64,000 nucleotides of DNA. It comes from Flavobacteriales bacterium (lineage in GTDB: Bacteria; Bacteroidota; Bacteroidia; Flavobacteriales; UBA7312). Below the pieces are notes generated by a model. That model was not told the DNA's origin. It saw nothing but the letters and a program-made list of their open reading frames with translations, and did no database searches. The translations under genes and the position numbers were made by a program. Of this stretch, positions 57,319-64,000 are shown in pieces (positions within the stretch are counted from its first letter, which is position 1; every line of letters begins with the position of its first letter). The stretch spans positions 3,221 through 67,220 of the forward strand of contig JAQWJZ010000011.1 of the NCBI GenBank assembly GCA_029248105.1. The letters are read 5' to 3'.

Positions 57319-57340
57319 ATAATGTTAGATAGGTGTCAAA

Positions 57341-58645
57341 TTAACCACCAAAATCGTCAAAACGAACGTTTTCGTCAGGTATTCCCCAATCGTCTGCCAT
57401 CTTTAATACCGCTTGATTCATTAGTGGAGGTCCACAGAAATATAACTCTATATCTTCTGGCGCATCATGCTTTGTTAGATATTGGTCTATAACGGCTTGG
57501 TGTACAAAACCTACAAAACCATCACCTTCCTTATCAGCTAAATCTTTCTTAGGCGTCCAGTTATCTTCTTCTAATGGTTCAGAAAGAACTATCTCGAAAT
57601 TGAAGTTAGAGAATTCCTTTTCTAAACTGTAAAAATGATCTAAATAGAATAACTCTCTTTTAGAGCGACCGCCATACCAGTAACTAACTTTTCTACCTGT
57701 TTTCAGCGTTTTAAATAGCTCATAAAGGTGCGAACGCATAGGTGCCATACCTGCACCACCACCGATATATAACATTTCGTCTTCAGAATTCTTAATAAAG
57801 AATTCACCGTAAGGTCCTGAGATTGTTACCTTATCTCCAGCTTTTCTACTAAAAATATAAGAGGATGCAACACCTGGGTTTACATCTGCCCATGCATTTT
57901 TACCTCTATCCCAAGGAGGAGTAGCCACACGTACATTTAACATAACTCGTCTTCCTTCTGCAGGATAAGAAGCCATTGAATAGGCACGAACCACTTCTTC
58001 GTCGTTCTTCATCTTTAGTGACCACAAACCGAATTTATCCCACTCTAATTTGAATTTCTCTGCTTCATCATGCTCTTCAGGGTGAGCTGTTATATCCATA
58101 TCGGCATAATTGATCTCACAATCAGGAATTTCAATCTGAATATATCCACCTGCTTCGTATGGCATATCTTCAGGAATTTCTACAATAAACTCCTTAATAA
58201 AAGAGGCAACATTGTAGTTAGATACTACGGTAGCTTCCCATTTTTTAACACCGAACACTTCTTCAGGAATAGATATTTCCATATCCTCTTTTACTTTAAC
58301 TTGACATCCTAAGCGGTAGTTGTCCGTAATTTCTTTCTTTGAGAAGTGTGGCTCTTCAGTAGGAAGTATACTACCACCACCACTATGCACTTGACAAGTA
58401 CATTGTATACAGGTACCACCACCACCACAAGCAGATGGTAAAAATATACCCTCATTACTCAAAGTATTTAATAAAGTAGAGCCTCCATCGACTTCAATTT
58501 CCTTTTCTCCGTTAATAGTAATTTTTACCTTTCCTGAAGGCATTAGTTTCGATTTGGCAAATAATAAAACACCTACTAAGGCGAAAATTACCAATAAGAA
58601 AATAGCTATACTTGAAACTATTGTTGTTGTACTTAATATTATCAT
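57341..58645 (-). CDS. nqrF: Na+-translocating NADH:quinone oxidoreductase subunit F
   Basis: N-terminal TM helix, 2Fe-2S motif [15 protein letters not shown] motif RAYSMAS, and the NADH motif GGGAGMAPM. Confidence 0.95.
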   Translation of the reverse strand: MIILSTTTIVSSIAIFLLVIFALVGVLLFAKSKLMPSGKVKITINGEKEIEVDGGSTLLNTLSNEGIFLPSACGGGGTCIQCTCQVHSGGGSILPTEEPHFSKKEITDNYRLGCQVKVKEDMEISIPEEVFGVKKWEATVVSNYNVASFIKEFIVEIPEDMPYEAGGYIQIEIPDCEINYADMDITAHPEEHDEAEKFKLEWDKFGLWSLKMKNDEEVVRAYSMASYPAEGRRVMLNVRVATPPWDRGKNAWADVNPGVASSYIFSRKAGDKVTISGPYGEFFIKNSEDEMLYIGGGAGMAPMRSHLYELFKTLKTGRKVSYWYGGRSKRELFYLDHFYSLEKEFSNFNFEIVLSEPLEEDNWTPKKDLADKEGDGFVGFVHQAVIDQYLTKHDAPEDIELYFCGPPLMNQAVLKMADDWGIPDENVRFDDFGG

Positions 58646-58667
58646 TTGTGTGTTTGTTCTAAACGAA

Positions 58668-59285
58668 TTATAATTTGATTCCCATAAAGCTCATAAACGC
58701 AATACCCATAAGACCTGTTATGATAAAGGTGATACCTAAACCTCTCAATGGTGCAGGTACGTGAGAGTAACGTATTTTTTCACGAATGGCAGCAATAGCT
58801 ACAATAGCTAAAAACCAACCTATACCAGATCCTAAACCGAATACAGTAGCTTCGACTATATTAGTGTAGGCTCTTTCTTGCATAAATAATGAACCACCCA
58901 AAATAGCACAGTTAACAGCTATCAGTGGTAAGAAGATACCCAACGAGCCGTATAAGGCAGGCGAAAACTTCTCAACGATCATTTCTACTAATTGCACCAT
59001 AGATGCTATAATGGCAATGAACATAATGAAGCTCAAAAAGCTCAAGTCCACATCAACGAAAGATTCGCTAAGCCAAACCAAGGCACCTTGCTTCAAAATA
59101 AAGTTCTCCAACAGGTAGTTGATAGGAATAGTAAACCCTAATACAAAGATTACGGCAAATCCCATACCTACTGATGTTTTTACTGTTTTGGATACTGCCA
59201 GATAGGAACACATTCCTAAAAAGTAGGCGAATATCATGTTGTCGATGAATATCGACTTGATAAATATATTTGCTAATTCTTGCAT
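58668..59285 (-). CDS. nqrE: Na+-translocating NADH:quinone oxidoreductase subunit E
   Basis: Six-TM protein with NqrE/RnfA-family conservation. Conserved Cys residues occur in LGMCSYLA and AVNCAILG. Confidence 0.95.
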   Translation of the reverse strand: MQELANIFIKSIFIDNMIFAYFLGMCSYLAVSKTVKTSVGMGFAVIFVLGFTIPINYLLENFILKQGALVWLSESFVDVDLSFLSFIMFIAIIASMVQLVEMIVEKFSPALYGSLGIFLPLIAVNCAILGGSLFMQERAYTNIVEATVFGLGSGIGWFLAIVAIAAIREKIRYSHVPAPLRGLGITFIITGLMGIAFMSFMGIKL

Positions 59286-59295
59286 AGTATCAATA

Positions 59296-59943
59296 TTAAG
59301 ATTCGATTAAATCTCTGTTTTTCATTCGTTGTATCCAGATGATGATTCCTACTGTAACAAGTGCCATAGGAGGTAAAATCATCATACCATTGTTTTCGTA
59401 ACCCATTTCATATAGCCCTATTTTCTCAAGTACAGGGTAGCCAAATAATGTTCCCGCGCCTAGCAACTCTCTAAAGAAAGCTACTGCTATAAGAATCCAA
59501 CCGTAACCAAAAGCATTACCTAAACCATCAAGAAATGATTTCCAAGGGGTATTACCCAAAGCAAAGGCTTCAAGTCGTCCCATAATAATACAGTTGGTAA
59601 TAATAAGCCCTACAAATACAGATAATTCCTTACTCACATCGTAAACAAAAGCTTTGAGAACTTGGTCAACTAATATTACTAGAGTCGCAATAACCACTAG
59701 TTGAACGATAATTCTTATTCTTGAAGGGATTAAATTTCTCATTAACGATACCACTACATTGGCAACTGACATGACTACCAAAACAGATAAAGCCATTACT
59801 ATAGCTGGTTTCAATTGAACTGTAATCGCCAAAGCAGAACATATACCTAATACCTGTGTAGTTACAGGATTGTTATCGTTCAATGGGTCAATTAATAGTT
59901 TTCTGTTTTTCTTAGAAAACAAAGCATCTTTCTTTTCGCTCAT
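59296..59943 (-). CDS. nqrD: Na+-translocating NADH:quinone oxidoreductase subunit D
   Basis: NqrD/RnfE-family membrane protein. Conserved Cys residues occur in LGICSALA and ITNCIIMGR. Confidence 0.95.
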   Translation of the reverse strand: MSEKKDALFSKKNRKLLIDPLNDNNPVTTQVLGICSALAITVQLKPAIVMALSVLVVMSVANVVVSLMRNLIPSRIRIIVQLVVIATLVILVDQVLKAFVYDVSKELSVFVGLIITNCIIMGRLEAFALGNTPWKSFLDGLGNAFGYGWILIAVAFFRELLGAGTLFGYPVLEKIGLYEMGYENNGMMILPPMALVTVGIIIWIQRMKNRDLIES

Positions 59944-60710
59944 TATTGTATAGTATTTAAATTAAACGCCATCGTACTATCAACCATTAAGGTATCCGTT
60001 GACAGCTCTAACATTTCAGACATTTTGTTGTTGAAGAACGGTAGGTATTGAGCAAAGCGCTCCGCTAACATATCATTAACACCATCAGATGTTATGGTGC
60101 CTCCTGAAATACCATCCACAGCGTGCATATCGTCTTCTTTAGCACCACCTTTAACAACATTTATAGAAACTAGCTCTGTACCTTCAAATATCGTTTTGCC
60201 GATAAAAGGCTCTTGAAACCAACCTAGTGAAATTTCAGCTCCTAAGCCTGGCGTTTCTGATTTGTGGTCAAAAACAGCTCCTGATATAGTACTCATATCT
60301 TCTTTCAAAGCGATAAAGCCCCAAATAGGACCCCATAATCCTTTTCCTCTCATAGGTAGGATATATAACTTTTCTCCATCTTTCTCACTTTCAAAAACAG
60401 GTAGCAATTGTTGGTCTGCCGACTTCTTAAGCTCAACACCTAAATCGACAGTAAAAGCATCACCCTCAACCATTTCACCTTTGTTGTTTAAAACATAGGT
60501 GTTAATGATATTTTTTTCATAAGCTTTTGCCGCTTCTTCACGACTGACTTCAATACCAACAGTAGAAAGTATGTTTTGTTTCTTTTCCGATTCTACATTT
60601 TTATCTTGAAATGGTTTTAGGCTTATAGCGGCAACTGATAACAAAGTGGCTACCAATACAACCATAACTGCAGCAAAACCAAAAGTGTAGGAATTTTTAT
60701 TTACATCCAT
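59943..60710 (-). CDS. nqrC: Na+-translocating NADH:quinone oxidoreductase subunit C
   Basis: Single N-terminal TM helix and an FMN-binding domain with the flavinylation motif DGISGGTITS. Confidence 0.9.
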   Translation of the reverse strand: MDVNKNSYTFGFAAVMVVLVATLLSVAAISLKPFQDKNVESEKKQNILSTVGIEVSREEAAKAYEKNIINTYVLNNKGEMVEGDAFTVDLGVELKKSADQQLLPVFESEKDGEKLYILPMRGKGLWGPIWGFIALKEDMSTISGAVFDHKSETPGLGAEISLGWFQEPFIGKTIFEGTELVSINVVKGGAKEDDMHAVDGISGGTITSDGVNDMLAERFAQYLPFFNNKMSEMLELSTDTLMVDSTMAFNLNTIQ

Positions 60711-60714
60711 AATA

Positions 60715-61860
60715 TTAAGCGTTAGCTCGTTTTAATCTCTTTTTAATATTTCCTTGAATAACATAGTGATCCACCAATGGAGCAAAGATGTTCATCAGTA
60801 GAATAGCCAACATCATTCCCTCAGGATATGCTGGGTTAAACACACGGATAAGTATGGCAAAAACACCAATAAGGAATCCGTATATATATTTTCCTTTGTT
60901 CGTTTGTGATCCTGTAACAGGGTCTGTAGCCATAAATACAGCACCAAAAGCAAAACTTCCAATAATAAGGTGAATCTCTGCCGGTGTTGACATTAATTCA
61001 TTCGCACCCCACATATTAAATAGTGTTGCCATAACAAAGCCACCTACAAAAGTAGAGAGTATAATTCTCCAACTTCCTATGCCGGTAGCAATAAGGATAA
61101 TGGCACCTATCATGATAGCTATAAAAGATGTTTCTCCTACTGAACCTGGAATCAATCCTGTCATCATATCAAAAGGATTCCAAGATAGTGACTGCCAGTT
61201 GCTAGATGCTGCTAATTCTCCCAAAATAGTAGAACCTGAATGACCATCTACCATAGCATCGTGAACCCAAACTTTATCACCTGACATATATATAGGGTAT
61301 GCAAAGAATAAAAATGCTCGTGCAGTAAGAGCAGGATTTAGAATATTCATTCCTGTACCACCAAACACCTCTTTACCAATAACCACAGCGAATATGACTG
61401 ATATAGCCAACATCCACAAAGGCACATCGATAGGCATCGTGAGAGGAATTAACAATCCTGTTACAAGGTAACCTTCGTTAACAGAGTGACCACGATAAAT
61501 TGCAAAGGCAAATTCAACCGCTAGTCCAACACCATAAGATACGATGATAAGGGGTAAAAACTTCCAAAATCCGAAAATGAAATTTTCGAATAAAGTTGCC
61601 GTTTCACCAATAGCCAAGTGGTATTGATAACCCACATTCCACATACCGAATAGTAAACACGGAATAAGAGCCACGATGACCATAAACATGGTACGTTTCA
61701 AATCGATTGCATCTCTAACATGAGCTCCTTTGTGAGTCGTGTGACCTGGCACAAACAAAAAAGTCTCAAAAGCATCGTATGCAGGATACAATTTTTCAAG
61801 TTTTCCACCTTTCTCAAAGTGAGGCTTTACTGAATCCAATAAATTTTTAAATAATTTCAT
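60715..61860 (-). CDS. nqrB: Na+-translocating NADH:quinone oxidoreductase subunit B
   Basis: Multi-TM NqrB/RnfD-family protein with the flavinylation motif DGHSGSTILG. Confidence 0.93.
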   Translation of the reverse strand: MKLFKNLLDSVKPHFEKGGKLEKLYPAYDAFETFLFVPGHTTHKGAHVRDAIDLKRTMFMVIVALIPCLLFGMWNVGYQYHLAIGETATLFENFIFGFWKFLPLIIVSYGVGLAVEFAFAIYRGHSVNEGYLVTGLLIPLTMPIDVPLWMLAISVIFAVVIGKEVFGGTGMNILNPALTARAFLFFAYPIYMSGDKVWVHDAMVDGHSGSTILGELAASSNWQSLSWNPFDMMTGLIPGSVGETSFIAIMIGAIILIATGIGSWRIILSTFVGGFVMATLFNMWGANELMSTPAEIHLIIGSFAFGAVFMATDPVTGSQTNKGKYIYGFLIGVFAILIRVFNPAYPEGMMLAILLMNIFAPLVDHYVIQGNIKKRLKRANA

Positions 61861-61871
61861 AGTATATAATT

Positions 61872-63221
61872 CTAACTACATTCTTTTTTAACCAAATCTA
61901 AACCTTCACGAATGATGCTTTGCACTTCTATTTTAGAGGTACAAACAAATTCACAAAGTGCCATATCTTCAGCAGATACTTCATAGATACCTAACTGCTC
62001 CATAGTATCGATATCTTCAATCATACATGCTTTGATAAGCTGCATAGGATATACATCCATAGGCAATACTTTTTCGTACTGACCTGTAACTACATAGGCT
62101 CTTTCTTCGCCATTATAGTTAGTGTTCAAATTGTATTTCTTAGCAGGTGTTAACCATGAGAAATACGACTTAGACATAGAAAATTTATGTAAAGCAGGTG
62201 CTATCCAACCCAAGAACTCTTGATCGTTACCTTCAGGAATAACAGTAACCTGAGAATCATAAAATCCAATGTAACCTTCATCAGAAATTTGTGTTCCAGT
62301 AAGCACATTACCACTGATAAAACGATTGCTACCCGCTTTAATAGTATTCTCTGACAACATATTAGATATACAAGCACCAGAGATCGTTCTGTAATAACGT
62401 GGTCTATCTACTTGCGAACCCGTTAATGCTACCATACGTGACACATCGTACTTACCATCAGAAAACAAACGAGCAATAGTTAATACATCTTGTGGGTATA
62501 AATACCAAACCACATCGCCCTTATTAATAGGGTCTATATGATGCAATTGAACACCAACATTTCCTGCTGGATGTGGACCAGAAATTTTATTAATTTCTAC
62601 ACCCTTACAATCGGTAAATACTTTAGATGGATTCGTGTTACCATCTACATTTAAGTGAACCTTACAGTCTGTCAATTTCTTGAGAACCTCAATACCTACT
62701 TGAAATTCTTTATCTAAACCGTGTAAAACAAAATCGTTATCCGGAGCTAAAGGCGCCGTATCAAAAGTAGAAATGAAAATAGCTTTTGGATTATCTGACG
62801 GATTAGCTATAACATCAAATGGCTTTTGACGTATGAATGGCCAAACACCACTATCTAATAATCCTTTGATAATTTCCTCTCTCGAAGAATTCAAATCAAG
62901 TGAAAAGCTTTCGTAATTAATTTCTAAGTCGGCAGCAATTCTGACCTCCATAATTCTTCGCTTAGCACCACGCACAATTTCCGTTACTTCACCACTAACT
63001 GGCGATGAAAAACAAATGCGATCGTCATACTTATCAAAAAATAAACATGAACCTGCCTTAACTTTATCACCTTCTTTAACCACCATTTTAGGTGTCAAAG
63101 AATGAAAGTCAGTTGGTTTTATGCTAAATGTTTGAGATTGAGGAATACTGGCGTAAACTTTGTCGGCCTCCCCTTTAAGGTTTATGTTAAGGCCTTTTTT
63201 TAATCTGATATCTTTTGACAT
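61872..63221 (-). CDS. nqrA: Na+-translocating NADH:quinone oxidoreductase subunit A
   Basis: MSKDIRLKKGLNINLKGEA matches the usual NqrA N-terminus. ATG 63221 is preferred over the track start 63266, which lies within the -7 promoter-box pair at 63254-63269. Confidence 0.93.
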   Translation of the reverse strand: MSKDIRLKKGLNINLKGEADKVYASIPQSQTFSIKPTDFHSLTPKMVVKEGDKVKAGSCLFFDKYDDRICFSSPVSGEVTEIVRGAKRRIMEVRIAADLEINYESFSLDLNSSREEIIKGLLDSGVWPFIRQKPFDVIANPSDNPKAIFISTFDTAPLAPDNDFVLHGLDKEFQVGIEVLKKLTDCKVHLNVDGNTNPSKVFTDCKGVEINKISGPHPAGNVGVQLHHIDPINKGDVVWYLYPQDVLTIARLFSDGKYDVSRMVALTGSQVDRPRYYRTISGACISNMLSENTIKAGSNRFISGNVLTGTQISDEGYIGFYDSQVTVIPEGNDQEFLGWIAPALHKFSMSKSYFSWLTPAKKYNLNTNYNGEERAYVVTGQYEKVLPMDVYPMQLIKACMIEDIDTMEQLGIYEVSAEDMALCEFVCTSKIEVQSIIREGLDLVKKECS

Positions 63222-63253
63222 CTCTTTTGTATAAAAATTGTGATTTTCGGTCG

Positions 63254-63261
63254 CAAAAATA
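63254..63261 (-). promoter_or_regulatory. Bacteroidota -7 box TATTTTTG (nqr operon)
   Basis: Exact TAnnTTTG on the minus strand, 32 nt upstream of the nqrA ATG 63221. Confidence 0.5.
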
Positions 63262-63269
63262 TACATTTG
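63262..63269 (+). promoter_or_regulatory. possible -7 box TACATTTG (divergent DUF5103 gene)
   Basis: Exact TAnnTTTG abutting the nqrA box, but 131 nt upstream of the TTG start at 63401. Confidence 0.3.
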
Positions 63270-63400
63270 TAATTAACTAAATGCACCTCATTTCAATAAG
63301 AATTTTTAATTTATAATGATTCTAAATAAGAAATAGGTTTCTTGGTTAAAATTAAATTGAAAATAAAACGAATTAGCGTTAATTTATAAAAAATAAGACT

Positions 63401-64000
63401 TTGAAAAATACTTTAACACTTTGTATCCTTTGCTGCGGAATACTTTTTTCCTGTGGTGGCTCTAAAAAGGCAACACAATTTGACGACTCGCTTTACGAGG
63501 ATGAAAGCCTTAGTATTTCTGATACTATTACAGATATTAGTACAGACAGCCAAAACGAAAAATTAGCAAAAGAAAGTAAGCTCACTTATGAAAACGCTAT
63601 TTACAAACCTTCAATTCATAGTGTCCAACTACACCCTTTACGTTTTGAAATGGGAAATCCGCTCATTCATATATCTTTTAAGGATAGCTTATTACTTTCT
63701 TTCGATGATTTGGCAAATGAGCCTCAAAACTATGCTTACACCTTTATTCATTGCAATGCCGATTGGACTCCGTCCGACCTTATGGAAAGTGAATATTTAG
63801 AAGGGTTTTACGAAGAACCTCTTGCCAACTATCAATTTTCTTTCAACACCATACAAAGCTATGTTCATTACCAAACGGTTATTCCTAGTTCAAATATGAG
63901 GCCTACCCTTTCAGGGAATTACCTACTCATTGTTTTTCCAGAAAACAATAAGGACAACCCTATCTTGAGTAAAAGAATGATGATAATGGACGAAAAGATA
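63401..64000 (+). CDS. DUF5103 / T9SS plug-like lipoprotein, 3'-truncated by window edge
   Basis: Frame is open from 63383 to the window end. The only start is TTG 63401, giving the lipoprotein signal (M)KNTLTLCILCCGILFSC. YKPSIHSVQLHP...FDDL...YAYTFIHCNADWTPS resembles the DUF5103 N-domain. Absent from the ORF track because no stop lies in the window. Confidence 0.55.
   Translation, partial: MKNTLTLCILCCGILFSCGGSKKATQFDDSLYEDESLSISDTITDISTDSQNEKLAKESKLTYENAIYKPSIHSVQLHPLRFEMGNPLIHISFKDSLLLSFDDLANEPQNYAYTFIHCNADWTPSDLMESEYLEGFYEEPLANYQFSFNTIQSYVHYQTVIPSSNMRPTLSGNYLLIVFPENNKDNPILSKRMMIMDEKI

Noticed and set aside
63222-63266. Longer N-terminal extensions given by the ORF track: nqrA from 63266, tgt from TTG 51635, fmt from 28375, DUF368 gene from GTG 251, VWA membrane protein from 9568, PorQ-like from 33610.
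   Set aside because: The extensions overlap promoter boxes or upstream genes and add non-conserved residues. The internal ATGs restore canonical N-termini (MSKDIRLKKG for NqrA, MDFKL for Tgt, RIVFMGTPDFA for Fmt) or TAATG coupling.
63588-63800. 70-aa plus-strand ORF in the track near the window end.
   Set aside because: It is out of frame within the longer open frame 63401-64000, which carries a lipoprotein signal and DUF5103-like sequence.
1-64000. Searched for CRISPR arrays, tRNA/rRNA genes, transposases, integrases, long direct repeats and prophage-like gene strings.
   Set aside because: None seen. Intergenic gaps are mostly under 120 nt and are explained by promoter boxes and hairpin terminators. 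No repeat-spacer periodicity and no recombinase-like ORF were found.

Overview
AT-rich, gene-dense chromosomal segment with about 63 CDS. I found no rRNA, tRNA, CRISPR array, transposase or integrase. The lineage looks like Bacteroidota (Flavobacteriia/Cytophagia-like). Supporting signs are type IX secretion (T9SS) components (PorQ, a cargo protein with a C-terminal sorting domain, a DUF5103 plug-like lipoprotein) and no Shine-Dalgarno motifs. In addition, about 20 exact TAnnTTTG -7 promoter boxes sit correctly oriented upstream of genes. Most content is core housekeeping: aroE, uvrB, uvrA, fabG, sucD, mnmE, lpdA, rfbC, recQ-family helicase, fmt, pdxH, ispH, cmk, lon, ychF, split transketolase, rsmG, tgt, lptF/G-family permease, mazG. 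A complete Na+-NQR operon (nqrABCDEF, minus strand, 57341-63221) has apbE about 1.5 kb downstream. I found no clear multi-gene defence or mobile system. The best lead is a 66-aa protein with one TM helix and four Cys, lying tail-to-tail with apbE (54682-54882). It has the architecture of NqrM, the NQR maturation factor so far described for Proteobacteria. Secondary leads:
- a unique G9 homopolymer inside a hexapeptide-repeat transferase gene
- an outer-membrane protein (OMP) gene whose C-terminal beta-signal sits in another frame after an A6 run
- a secreted VWA protein embedded in the split-transketolase operon
- an AT-rich orphan sulfotransferase
- a nested inverted repeat in the AT-rich gap downstream of nqrF
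- near-identical 16-nt back-to-back promoter cores at apbE and nqrA
- four genes with a TAnnTTTG-N4-ATG (leaderless-type) arrangement
All function calls rest on motif and family recognition by eye; no searches were run.
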